64,000 nucleotides of DNA, taken from contig CAYMYC010000001.1 of the NCBI GenBank assembly GCA_964394645.1, positions 359,705-423,704 of the forward strand. Direction: 5' to 3'. Of this stretch, positions 1 to 9,363 are shown in pieces. Source of the stretch: an uncultured Gammaproteobacteria bacterium. Its GTDB lineage: Bacteria; Patescibacteriota; Microgenomatia; Levybacterales; GWA1-39-11. The first letter of the stretch is position 1. Every line of letters starts with the position of its first letter. Both the position numbers and the translations under genes were made by a program. A model generated the notes under the pieces. That model ran no database searches, was not told where the DNA came from, and saw nothing but the letters and a program-made list of their open reading frames with translations.

Positions 1-80
1 TATAATTAGTAGTAAACTATTACTTTTGTTGGAACTTACTTTTGTTATAATGTTTGCAGTAGTAGAGCATATTAGAGTTT

Positions 81-722
81 ATGAACCACAAAGCTAACCA
101 TTCGCACATAATAGAGCAAGTTCCTTTGGACTATTACCAAAAGGGAGTAAAGAATAATGCGCTACAAAGAGCTTGGCACACAAGAAAACTTGATATTGTT
201 ATATCCTCAGTTAAAAAATACCCAAAAACAATTTTAGATGTCGGGTGTGCTTCGGGGTGGTTTTTATCTAGGGTCCATAAGCAGTTCCCAAAGGCAAAAT
301 GTGTAGGTGTGGATATATACAAAGACGCGATTTTATACGGTAAAAAAAAGTATCCTCGTATTACTTTTCGTACATCAGATGCACATACGCTTCCGTTCAA
401 GGAAAATACATTTGATTTGATTATATGTACGGAAGTATTAGAGCACGTTGACGATCCGTTAATGGCACTAAAGGAAATAAGAAGAGTTCTTAAGGATGAC
501 GGTCAAGCAATTATAGAACTTGATTCTGGAAGTGCTCTTTTTTCTGTTGTTTGGTTCCTTTGGGGATTAAGTCAGGGAAGGGTATGGAATCATTCACACA
601 TACATTCATTTAATGTTCAAAAGCTCGAACGGATGTTAAAAAAGTGTGGGTTTACAATTGAGAGTAAAAAGCGTTTTAATTTAGGAATGGCAATGGTTTT
701 TTCTGCAAGGAAACATGATTAA
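81..722 (+). CDS. class I SAM-dependent methyltransferase
   Basis: Motif I 'ILDVGCASGWF' (GxGxG), acidic motif II, and 'LIICTEVLEHV' motif III. ATG start. Confidence 0.7.
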   Translation: MNHKANHSHIIEQVPLDYYQKGVKNNALQRAWHTRKLDIVISSVKKYPKTILDVGCASGWFLSRVHKQFPKAKCVGVDIYKDAILYGKKKYPRITFRTSDAHTLPFKENTFDLIICTEVLEHVDDPLMALKEIRRVLKDDGQAIIELDSGSALFSVVWFLWGLSQGRVWNHSHIHSFNVQKLERMLKKCGFTIESKKRFNLGMAMVFSARKHD

Positions 723-2196
723 CTTTGTTAAAGCACATTCCTTCTTGATACTTCTATTTCTGATAACAATTTTCGGTTCATTCCCTCGTGCAATTGAACT
801 TTTATCTGGAAACTACCTATTCGGGTTTGATCAAGGGCTGTTTTATGAAGCAGTATATAAGATTGTAGTATTACATCAGCCGACGCTTATAGGAGCAGAG
901 GTTGGTGGAATAGGTGGATTTTTCCAAGGTCCAGGATGGTATTACCTTTTGTCTTTCTTTTTTATAGCATTCAATGGAGATCCATACGGTGCGATGGTTC
1001 TTATGTTTTTATTAGGTGTTTTATCTATAGTTCTTGCCGGACTATTGTTTTATAAGCAAAATGGTATAGTTTTTGCCTTGATTTTTTCATTTTTAATAGC
1101 TCTTTCTCCCGGAATTATTTCTCAGTCCAGATTTTTTTGGCCACCATTTGTTATTACCCCTCTTACAATTTTATTTATATTTGCAATACAAAGCACTTAT
1201 AGTCACAAAAAATACTATTTACCTTTAGCGTTTTTTTTACTAGGTATTATGACTCACTTCGAGATAGCTACAGGAGGGTCACTGCTACTTTCAACTATAA
1301 TTACTCTTTTTTTCGTACGACCAAAAAACGTTATATCAGCTAGGATAATCGGTATAACCTTTATAGCATTTTTTGTAACTCAACTTCCAATTGTGCTGTT
1401 TGATTTACGTCACAATTTTATTGGAACAAAGGGACTACTGAAGTTTCTAACCATAGGATCATCTACGCATACTACATATTCGTTCTCAAACCATATAGAT
1501 ATGTATAAGGATGTCTTACTGATCGTAACAGGTAATTGGCAGCTTGCCTTACTTTGTTTAGCGCTTATTGTATATAGTACATTAAGGATTTTAAGAAAAA
1601 AAACAAAAACGCAAGAAAAAAAAATCATCCTTTTTATAATTTTGTGCCCTACTGTTCTTTTTATGTTATTCCTTCCATTAAAAGCTACGCTTTGGTCTTG
1701 GTGGTTTCTTGAATTGCCAGTGTTTCTCTGTTTTCTTTTATCGAGTTCATTTATTTATGCCTTTAGACAAAAAAAGATAAAAATTTTTGCTTTTTTAATT
1801 TTATTGTTACTATTTATATCATCTTCGTATCAAACGTACTCTTGGTATAAAAATGACTTTTTAGATTATGGTGGAACTGCAAAAATAAGGGGAAAAATTG
1901 ACGCGATTGACTATATATTTAAAGACGCAAAAAGAAAAAATTTTGGCTTATTAGTTTTTAGCCCCCCTGTATATACTTACCCATATGATTATCTTATAAA
2001 ATGGTACGCAGCAAAAAAATATAATTTTTATCCAAAACAAAAAATAACAAATGAGTTTTACTTATTAATTGAGCCCGATCCTGAAAAGCCATGGTCTTAC
2101 AAGGGGTGGATTGACACTGTGATTAAAAAAGGTAAGGTAGTTAAAACAATAACTCTTCCCAGTGGGTTTATCATCCAAAAAAGAATAACAGAGTAA
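715..2196 (+). CDS. polytopic membrane protein, GT-C-fold-like glycosyltransferase candidate
   Basis: 493 aa with more than 10 predicted TM helices. First loop has an acidic 'FGFDQGLFYEA' motif, like the D/E loop-1 motifs of ArnT/PMT-type GT-C enzymes. Confidence 0.4.
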   Translation: MINFVKAHSFLILLFLITIFGSFPRAIELLSGNYLFGFDQGLFYEAVYKIVVLHQPTLIGAEVGGIGGFFQGPGWYYLLSFFFIAFNGDPYGAMVLMFLLGVLSIVLAGLLFYKQNGIVFALIFSFLIALSPGIISQSRFFWPPFVITPLTILFIFAIQSTYSHKKYYLPLAFFLLGIMTHFEIATGGSLLLSTIITLFFVRPKNVISARIIGITFIAFFVTQLPIVLFDLRHNFIGTKGLLKFLTIGSSTHTTYSFSNHIDMYKDVLLIVTGNWQLALLCLALIVYSTLRILRKKTKTQEKKIILFIILCPTVLFMLFLPLKATLWSWWFLELPVFLCFLLSSSFIYAFRQKKIKIFAFLILLLLFISSSYQTYSWYKNDFLDYGGTAKIRGKIDAIDYIFKDAKRKNFGLLVFSPPVYTYPYDYLIKWYAAKKYNFYPKQKITNEFYLLIEPDPEKPWSYKGWIDTVIKKGKVVKTITLPSGFIIQKRITE

Positions 2197-2198
2197 GG

Positions 2199-2204
2199 TA
2201 TAAT
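2199..2204 (+). promoter_or_regulatory. -10 box TATAAT (within GGTATAAT) 8 nt upstream of ATG 2213
   Basis: The sequence 'AAGGTATAAT' begins at the upstream stop codon. The predicted TSS falls at or next to the start codon. Confidence 0.35.
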
Positions 2205-2212
2205 GACATTAC

Positions 2213-2986
2213 ATGAAAAAAATATCTATTGCACTTGCAACATATAACGAAAAAGATAATATTTCAAGATGTCTAAGATCCGTTCAAGATTGGGCTGATG
2301 AGATAGTGATAGTTGATGGTACCTCAAATGATGGCACTCCCGATATTGCAGAATCATATGGAGCAAGAATAATTACAAAACCAAATAATAAAAATTTTCA
2401 TATAAATAAACAGATAGCAATAGACGAATGCAGAGCACAGTGGATATTGCAACTTGATGCTGATGAAGTAGTGAGTACTGGACTGAGACGTGAGATTGAC
2501 GGGCTTATAGCGTCTAATTCTGAGCAGAATGGATATTGGATACCTAGAAAAAATTGGTTTCTTGGAAGGTTTTTGACTAAGGGCGGACAGTACCCTGACT
2601 ATACTCTTCGTCTATACAGAAATGGTAAAGGTAAGTTACCGCAAAAGGATGTACATGAGCAGGCTATTGTTGAGGGTGAGATTGGATTCTTAAAAGAAGA
2701 TTTGCTTCATTATCCGTATAAGGATTTTAGAGCATATTTGAAGAAGTGGCAGCGTTATAATATTTTTGCTGCTGACATTTTGGCTAAAGAGCTAAAAAAT
2801 AAACCAGCAATTGAGCACATAAAAATATTTTTGCTTGAACTCTTATTTAAACCGCTCTGGTGGTTTGTATGGACGTACGGTAGGCATAAGGGGTTTGTTG
2901 ACGGTTGGCAAGGGTTTGTTTTTTCTCTTTTCTCCTCATTACGATTTCCTGTATCATATATAGAATATTTACGTTTTAAGGTATAA
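2213..2986 (+). CDS. family 2 glycosyltransferase (GT-A fold)
   Basis: N-terminal 'ISIALATYNEKDNI' and DxD-like 'LQLDADEV'. 257 aa. Confidence 0.7.
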   Translation: MKKISIALATYNEKDNISRCLRSVQDWADEIVIVDGTSNDGTPDIAESYGARIITKPNNKNFHINKQIAIDECRAQWILQLDADEVVSTGLRREIDGLIASNSEQNGYWIPRKNWFLGRFLTKGGQYPDYTLRLYRNGKGKLPQKDVHEQAIVEGEIGFLKEDLLHYPYKDFRAYLKKWQRYNIFAADILAKELKNKPAIEHIKIFLLELLFKPLWWFVWTYGRHKGFVDGWQGFVFSLFSSLRFPVSYIEYLRFKV

Positions 2987-2987
2987 T
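2982..2987 (+). promoter_or_regulatory. -10 box TATAAT (within AAGGTATAAT) 6 nt upstream of ATG 2994, overlapping the upstream stop codon
   Basis: Same 10-mer as at 2195..2204. Last T at 2987, ATG at 2994, so the predicted TSS is the A of the ATG. Confidence 0.35.
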
Positions 2988-2993
2988 AAATAT

Positions 2994-3968
2994 ATGAAAG
3001 TACTAGTAGCTGGAGGGGGAGGATATATAGGAAGCTTTATGGTAAAAGCTCTGTGTGATCGTAATGACTCAGTTTTTGTTGTCGACAATTTTTTAAAGGG
3101 TTACTACGAATCTGTTGACAGACGAGCAAAAATCATTGAAGGAAATTTGATGGATGGAGCATTTGTCTCTGAGGCGATAAAAAGTATTGGTGATATTGAT
3201 GTAGTTATAAATTTTGCAGGGTTAATTGAGGTGGGACAGTCAGTGAAAGAACCTGGGCTTTATTTTAATACCAATATTTTAATAGCCTTGAACTTGTTGG
3301 AGAACATAAAAAATACCAAGACTAAATTTATTTTTTCATCAACTGCTGCTGTTTATGGTACCCCTGAGACCGTACCAATTCCAGAAAATCACATAAAAAA
3401 CCCTACAAACCCATATGGGGAAAGTAAGCTTATGATTGAAAAAATTTTACACTGGTATAATAAAACGTATGGACTATCCTTTACAGCATTGCGATATTTT
3501 AACGCTTCAGGCGCAGCGCTTGATGGTAGCATGGGGGAAAAACACAATCCAGAAAGTCATCTAATTCCTGTGGCAATAAAAGCACTTTTAGGCAAAAGCA
3601 CTTTTCATCTTTATGGTGATGACTATAAAACAAATGATGGAACTTGTTTGAGAGACTACATTCATGTCTTAGATTTGATTCAGGCTCATCTTCTCTCAAT
3701 TGATAAGATGAAGGATAATTCATCTGAGATATACAACGTGGGGACTGGAAAAGGGTACACAAATCGTGAGATTATAAATGCAATTGAAAAGATTAGTGGT
3801 GAAAAATTGGAAGTTATTGTAGCTGAGCGTAGACCAGGAGATCCTGATGAGCTGATAGCAGACCCTTCAAAAATAAAGACTGAATTAGGATTTGAGCCAA
3901 AATATTCAGATTTAGAAACAATAATAAAATCCGCTTACACCTGGCATGCGAATGAGCAGAGCAAATGA
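2994..3968 (+). CDS. UDP-hexose 4-epimerase (GalE/WbpP family, SDR)
   Basis: 'MKVLVAGGGGYIGS' Rossmann motif and 'YGESKLMIE' YxxxK catalytic motif. 324 aa, GalE-like length. Confidence 0.7.
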   Translation: MKVLVAGGGGYIGSFMVKALCDRNDSVFVVDNFLKGYYESVDRRAKIIEGNLMDGAFVSEAIKSIGDIDVVINFAGLIEVGQSVKEPGLYFNTNILIALNLLENIKNTKTKFIFSSTAAVYGTPETVPIPENHIKNPTNPYGESKLMIEKILHWYNKTYGLSFTALRYFNASGAALDGSMGEKHNPESHLIPVAIKALLGKSTFHLYGDDYKTNDGTCLRDYIHVLDLIQAHLLSIDKMKDNSSEIYNVGTGKGYTNREIINAIEKISGEKLEVIVAERRPGDPDELIADPSKIKTELGFEPKYSDLETIIKSAYTWHANEQSK

Positions 3969-4474
3969 AAATAAGATTTTTCCTAGCATTATTTTTTCTT
4001 ATTTTATCTCAAACACACTGCTTCGCTAGTTCATCTTACGTTCTTCCTTATCCTGGATATATGCCTGGAAATAAACTATACATATTGGATCATGGGTTTG
4101 ATAAAATACAAAACGTTCTCTCCTTTGGAAGCATCTCGCAGTTCAAGCGGAGTCTTGCATTGTCAGATAAAAACTTGGTTGAGGCAAAGACGTTATTTGA
4201 GTACGGTCAATATAAGCTTGCAATAAATGCTCTGCGTGAATCAGATTTACATTATATTAAGATCTACCCGTTGTTAAAGAAGGCTCAAAAAAAAGGGGTT
4301 GATATTTCTGAAAAAGAAAAATTACTTAAAGAGGCATCAGCCAAGCATAAGGAAATTTTACTTGAATTGCGCACTAAAGTTCCAAGCGAATTTATGTGGG
4401 AAGATGAAGAATCGACTCCGTTAAAACTTGAGATACATAAAAAAATAATAAAGTCAATTACGCTTCGCTCATGA
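3965..4474 (+). CDS. hypothetical secreted protein
   Basis: N-terminal signal-peptide-like hydrophobic segment 'FFLALFFLILSQTHCFASSS'. Lys/Glu-rich C-terminus. ATGA overlap with the upstream gene. Confidence 0.4.
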   Translation: MKIRFFLALFFLILSQTHCFASSSYVLPYPGYMPGNKLYILDHGFDKIQNVLSFGSISQFKRSLALSDKNLVEAKTLFEYGQYKLAINALRESDLHYIKIYPLLKKAQKKGVDISEKEKLLKEASAKHKEILLELRTKVPSEFMWEDEESTPLKLEIHKKIIKSITLRS

Positions 4475-5586
4475 AATATATATACGTTTTTTATGCATTA
4501 TTTCTAATTATTTTTGTCATCTTTAGTTACCTTTTTATTGATCCAAATTTATCTTATTTAAGTACGCTTTTCACAGGGTTTTCTTTTACGAATCGAACAA
4601 TCACGTCTGTATTCTTTGTGTTCATTACTTCATTGTTTTTTGTGTTTTATGTATATTTTTTAAATGCAAAAAGAAGTAGTGCACCTTTGCTTAGGAATTT
4701 AGTTTTAATTTCAGCAGTATGTTTGATATTTTCATATCCTACAGTTACATCATATGACGTATTTAATTATATGACAACGGCGAGAGTTGCGTACTTCTAT
4801 CAAGAGAACCCATATATAGTTATGCCAAATGAATTTATTGGAGATGATATGTTGAGATACACAAGGGCAGCAAACAAAACAGCACTTTACGGACCAGTAT
4901 GGATACTATTAACTTTTATTCCTTATGTATTTGGATTTTCCAGTTTTCTTATCACACTTTTTTTCTTTAAGCTTCTAGTTGGTATTTTTTATTTAGGATT
5001 AGTCTTTCTTGTATTTCGTTTTTCAAAAAAAAACATACAAAAGACTTTATTTTTTGCACTTAACCCTCTTGTATTAATTGAAACCTTTGTAGCTGGTCAC
5101 AATGATGTGGTGATGATGTTTTTTGTATTTGCTTCTCTCTACTGTTTAGCAAAAAAAAATATATTCCTCTCTGTCATATTTCTTATCATGTCCATATGTA
5201 TTAAGTTTTCTACTCTATTTTTAATACCGATATATATACACACAATTTTTAAGATGGTTAAAAAAGATAAAATAGATTTTCAGAGAATATGGAAATATTC
5301 TTTGTTATTAATGGTAATAATATTTTTACTCTCTCCTATAAGGGAGGAGCTGTATCCATGGTATGCAATATGGTTTATACCTTTTGCGGCTCTTATAGAT
5401 GGATATAAAAATTTAAAGAGAATTACAATAGCACTTTGCTTCGGCTTACTTTTGTCTTATGTTCCGTACATGCTTACAGGAGCATACTCATTTAATACAT
5501 ATTTGGCAAAGCACATTATTATTCTTGTTCCAGTTGCGGTAACGGTTGTATTTGAGTTAATCTTTAAAAATGATAAAAATATATAG
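4471..5586 (+). CDS. polytopic membrane protein, GT-C-fold-like candidate
   Basis: 371 aa with about 10 TM helices. Loop motif 'SYDVFNYMTTAR'. ATGA overlap. Confidence 0.4.
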   Translation: MKYIYVFYALFLIIFVIFSYLFIDPNLSYLSTLFTGFSFTNRTITSVFFVFITSLFFVFYVYFLNAKRSSAPLLRNLVLISAVCLIFSYPTVTSYDVFNYMTTARVAYFYQENPYIVMPNEFIGDDMLRYTRAANKTALYGPVWILLTFIPYVFGFSSFLITLFFFKLLVGIFYLGLVFLVFRFSKKNIQKTLFFALNPLVLIETFVAGHNDVVMMFFVFASLYCLAKKNIFLSVIFLIMSICIKFSTLFLIPIYIHTIFKMVKKDKIDFQRIWKYSLLLMVIIFLLSPIREELYPWYAIWFIPFAALIDGYKNLKRITIALCFGLLLSYVPYMLTGAYSFNTYLAKHIIILVPVAVTVVFELIFKNDKNI

Positions 5587-7219
5587 ATACATTTTTCCCC
5601 AATCAGGGTTGCTTTTATCCATTTTAATTGGATTATTTTCTGTCTTTCCATTATTTCAGATAGGATTGCCTCCTACACATGATGGAGAGTACCACGTGAT
5701 AAGATTTTACGAATTTGATAAAACTTTACGAGACGGGAATTGGTATCCACTATGGGCATCAGATTTAAATTATATGTATGGTTCACCTCTTTTTAATTAT
5801 GTCTATCCACTTCCCAATTATTTTGCTTCACTTTTTCATTTTTTTGGCTTAAGTTTTATAGACGCATTCAAGCTAAATTTAATTATTGCAACTGTTATAG
5901 GATCGCTTTCATCATTTTTGTATATGAAAAAAAGGTATGGGGCTTGGAATGGTTTTATGACTTCTGTTTTTTATACATATGCACCTTATCATTTTTTGGA
6001 TATATATATTAGAGGGTCTGTGGGTGAAGTTTGGGCGCTGGCGTTATTCCCATTTGCATTGATTGCAATTGACAGTATACGGAAAAAACCTACTCTTAAG
6101 CACATTTGTTTGGGAGCAATTGCGTATGCACTCATTATTTTTTCTCATAATATCCTGGCAGTAATGTTTACAATTTTTGCACTTTTTTACTGCTTGCTTG
6201 TATTACATAATGCGAAAAGTAAACCGCGTGTTGCAGTTGCATTTTTGTGCTCATTTATAATAGCGCTTTTGGTGGCTAGTGTTTTTATTTTACCTGCGCT
6301 CTTTGAGCAGAGATATGTTGTTGGTTTACAGATTTTTCAGACAACGCGAAATTTTGCTGATCTTTATCAACTACTAATTCCGTCATGGGGTTCAGGGTTT
6401 TCAGGAGGGAGCATGTCTTCGCAAATGTCGTTTCAGATAGGTGCAGCTAATATTTTGGTTTTTATTATTATTCTGATTATTTTTCTTTTTCGGAAAGTAA
6501 AAAAAGAGAAAATATATATAGCTTTTTTTATGATTTGGTTTCTACTATCATGTTTTTTAGTCACCCCGTATTCCGCATTTCTATGGGAGAATATTTCGTT
6601 TATGGATAATTTTCAATTTCCATGGCGCGTTTTAAGCATAGGTGTATTATGTGGTGCAATTCTTGCTGGGTGTATCCCTCTTATATCCAAGTTAAAAGTT
6701 TTATATGTTATACTCATAATCGCATGTATTGGATTCTCTTATTCTTACGCTCGACCGCCTTATCTTTTACCAAGAGTAGACAGTGATCTTTACACAAAAT
6801 CAAATTTTATATATGGTACCAATAGTATTGGAAATTCATTTCAAACTAAATGGTTGCCCCAACAAGAAATATTATTTTCTTCAATAGCAAATGTTCCAGT
6901 AGTATCAGTATTTGAAAATTCGACAGAAAAAAAGTATAGAGTTAGTTTAAAAAAAGAAATGGATGTTGTATTTAACATTTCTTATTTTCCCGGTTGGTTT
7001 GCGCAAGTAGATGAAAAAAAAATAAGAGTAAAGCAGAGTGGGGGAAAGATTGCAGTCACTGTGCCAAAAGGAGATCATGAAATATACTTGAGACTTTCCG
7101 ATACAAAGCTAAGAGGCGTTGCAAAGTTAGTAAGCGTAATTACAATCAGTATTATAATCATCTTTTTCATGTCTTCTGTGGTACAATATTTACATAAGAA
7201 AAATGATAAGAATTTATGA
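5570..7219 (+). CDS. YfhO-like GT-C membrane glycosyltransferase candidate
   Basis: 549 aa. N-terminal multi-TM domain with 'HDGEYHVIRF' loop motif. Extracytoplasmic C-terminal domain with 'YFPGWFAQVDEKK' motif (nt 6983..6997), then a final TM anchor. Same layout in ORFs 20808 and 32071. Confidence 0.45.
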   Translation: MIKIYRYIFPQSGLLLSILIGLFSVFPLFQIGLPPTHDGEYHVIRFYEFDKTLRDGNWYPLWASDLNYMYGSPLFNYVYPLPNYFASLFHFFGLSFIDAFKLNLIIATVIGSLSSFLYMKKRYGAWNGFMTSVFYTYAPYHFLDIYIRGSVGEVWALALFPFALIAIDSIRKKPTLKHICLGAIAYALIIFSHNILAVMFTIFALFYCLLVLHNAKSKPRVAVAFLCSFIIALLVASVFILPALFEQRYVVGLQIFQTTRNFADLYQLLIPSWGSGFSGGSMSSQMSFQIGAANILVFIIILIIFLFRKVKKEKIYIAFFMIWFLLSCFLVTPYSAFLWENISFMDNFQFPWRVLSIGVLCGAILAGCIPLISKLKVLYVILIIACIGFSYSYARPPYLLPRVDSDLYTKSNFIYGTNSIGNSFQTKWLPQQEILFSSIANVPVVSVFENSTEKKYRVSLKKEMDVVFNISYFPGWFAQVDEKKIRVKQSGGKIAVTVPKGDHEIYLRLSDTKLRGVAKLVSVITISIIIIFFMSSVVQYLHKKNDKNL

Positions 7220-8277
7220 GAATTGCTATAGATAACTCCCCCATAACATCATCGCATAGGCTTGCTGATAAGATAAGAGGAACGGGTTTTTACATAAAAA
7301 ATCTAATTGATGCATTAGAGAAATATCATCCTGAACATGAGTACATTTTTTTTCAACAAGGGGAATTTCCACCTGATGCTGATATTTACCACTATCCATA
7401 TTTTGAGCCATTTTTTTTGTCCCTTCCTTCAAGGAAGTATGGTAAGTCAATTGTGACAGTCCACGATGTTATTCCACTTGTGATGCCTGAATTATTCCCA
7501 GTTGGTTTACGTGGAAAAATAAAATTTTTTATTCAAAAAAGAAGACTTTTAAAAATGGATGGTATTATTACAGACTCGCAAGCCTCAAAGGAAGATATTA
7601 TCAAGATCTGCCGCATAAAAAGTGAAAAAATAACAAGTATTCCCTTAGCCCATTCCCCGGTATACAAAAAAACAAAAATAAATTCCGCTGACAGAAAAAA
7701 AATTTTAAGTAAATACCATATTCCAGATGATTTTGTATTATATGTTGGAGACGCAACTCCAAACAAGAACTTAAAAAGGCTTATCAACACCGCTCTAAAT
7801 CTGAAAATTCCCCTTGTTATGGTAGGTGGCGCACTTGTAAGAAATAAAGTCACTACCCATCCATGGAATAGAGACCTTTTATATGTTCAAAAAATGGCAG
7901 AGTCGTATAATAATATTTATCTTTTGGGGTATGTTTCAGATGCTGATTTATCAGTTTTATACAATATATGCAAAGTGTTTGCTTTCCCTTCACTATACGA
8001 AGGGTTTGGGCTACCTGTATTAGAGGCTGCAAGCTCAGGTGCAGCCATTGTTACATCCCACAAAGGAAGTTTGAACGAGGTTATTGGTGATAGTGCTCGG
8101 ATTGTAGACCCGTATAATGAAGATAGTATTACGATTGCTGTAGGTGAGACATTTAATAGTAGGCACTTACGTGTTAAATTAGGAAAAATGGCTTACAAAA
8201 GATCTAAGAATTATGATTGGAAAAAAACTGCTGATGCTACAGTTGACGTATATGAAAAAATTTATACAAGGAAATAA
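7216..8277 (+). CDS. family 4 glycosyltransferase (GT-B fold)
   Basis: C-terminal EX7E region 'FPSLYEGFGLPVLEAASSGAAIVTS'. 'IAIDNS' GT4 N-domain start. Confidence 0.75.
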   Translation: MRIAIDNSPITSSHRLADKIRGTGFYIKNLIDALEKYHPEHEYIFFQQGEFPPDADIYHYPYFEPFFLSLPSRKYGKSIVTVHDVIPLVMPELFPVGLRGKIKFFIQKRRLLKMDGIITDSQASKEDIIKICRIKSEKITSIPLAHSPVYKKTKINSADRKKILSKYHIPDDFVLYVGDATPNKNLKRLINTALNLKIPLVMVGGALVRNKVTTHPWNRDLLYVQKMAESYNNIYLLGYVSDADLSVLYNICKVFAFPSLYEGFGLPVLEAASSGAAIVTSHKGSLNEVIGDSARIVDPYNEDSITIAVGETFNSRHLRVKLGKMAYKRSKNYDWKKTADATVDVYEKIYTRK

Positions 8278-9358
8278 AGATGTATTAACAGTACTTCTGA
8301 TTATATTTTTTTGGAGAGTGTATTTTATAATTACCCAATCAAACGCGTTTAGGATTGCGGAACGTGAAGGCTATTTAGGCTTTCTGAGGATAGCAAATTT
8401 TGACGGAAAGTATTACTTAAATATTGCTCAGTACGGTTATCAGGGTCTTGATCAGGCGTTTTTCCCTTTTTTCCCATTAGCGATACGAACGTTAATTTTT
8501 GTTGGTCTTGAACCAATCAGTGCAGCAATAATCATAGTTTCATTTTCACTTTTTTTATTTTTGTACTTTTTAGCAAAGCTTATTCAAATAGATTATCCTG
8601 GTAATACATACATTTGGGTTCTTTTGTTTTTCTTGTCGTTTCCAACATCATTTTTTTTAGGAAATATTTATACTGAAAGTTTATTTTTATTTCTCACTAT
8701 TTTATCTTTTTACAGTGTTAGGAAGAAAAAAATATTTTTAGGTGGGGTAATTGGTGGATTTGCTGCGGGCACAAGAATAGTAGGTATATTTTTAATCCCA
8801 GCATTAGCATATGAGATATATGAACAGCAAAAAAAACAAAAGAAAAAAAGTATAAAAGCATATGTTCCGCTTTTGTTTATTCCAGTAGGTCTTTTCAGTT
8901 ATATGGGTTACCTTTGGTATAGGTATTCTGATGCCCTACTCTTCGTACATCAACAACCTTCATTTGGAGCAGGAAGAAGTGGTGGGGAGATAATACTACT
9001 TCCACAGGTAATATATAGATACTTTAAAATATTTATTTCAGTTCCACATAACGAATTGCTCTTCATTATTTCCCTGATGGAGTTTTTAACTTTTTTTATA
9101 GGTATGATTATTTTGTTTTTGTGCTATAAAAGTAACATGAGAAAAAGCTATCTTATATTTTCTTTTAGCGTATTACTTTTCCCAACACTATCTGGTACTC
9201 TTTCTTCTTTGCCCCGCTACGCATTATGTGCTTTTGCTATTTTTATTTATCTAGGTCTGCTTAGGAGCAAAATATTTAAAATATTGCTCATAATTTCGGG
9301 GTTAATTGTTGAAAGCATTTTTGCTATTTTGTTTTTCCAAGGTTATTTTGTTGCGTAA
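8252..9358 (+). CDS. polytopic membrane protein, GT-C-fold-like candidate
   Basis: Multi-TM throughout. Loop motif 'ANFDGKYYLNIAQYGY'. Start uncertain: the track ORF starts at 8213, and ATG 8252 gives a shorter overlap with the upstream gene. Confidence 0.4.
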   Translation: MKKFIQGNKDVLTVLLIIFFWRVYFIITQSNAFRIAEREGYLGFLRIANFDGKYYLNIAQYGYQGLDQAFFPFFPLAIRTLIFVGLEPISAAIIIVSFSLFLFLYFLAKLIQIDYPGNTYIWVLLFFLSFPTSFFLGNIYTESLFLFLTILSFYSVRKKKIFLGGVIGGFAAGTRIVGIFLIPALAYEIYEQQKKQKKKSIKAYVPLLFIPVGLFSYMGYLWYRYSDALLFVHQQPSFGAGRSGGEIILLPQVIYRYFKIFISVPHNELLFIISLMEFLTFFIGMIILFLCYKSNMRKSYLIFSFSVLLFPTLSGTLSSLPRYALCAFAIFIYLGLLRSKIFKILLIISGLIVESIFAILFFQGYFVA

Positions 9359-9363
9359 TTATA

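Noticed and set aside
134-400. Numerous short antisense ORFs in the six-frame track (for example 134..400, 1410..1628, 3499..3762, 7533..7853, 21509..21793, 62104..62502)
   Set aside because: All are fully embedded opposite long, motif-bearing plus-strand genes. They are low complexity with no recognisable motifs. They are the expected spurious ORFs for an AT-rich genome.
8213-8277. Apparent 65-nt gene overlap between GT4 7216..8277 and the next membrane protein, and a 46-nt overlap at 59931..59977
   Set aside because: These are explained by alternative downstream starts (ATG 8252, ATG 59982). The ORF track appears to accept TTG and GTG as 'M' (for example 54435 is TTG, 16366 is TTG, 63846 is GTG), so several track starts are over-extended.
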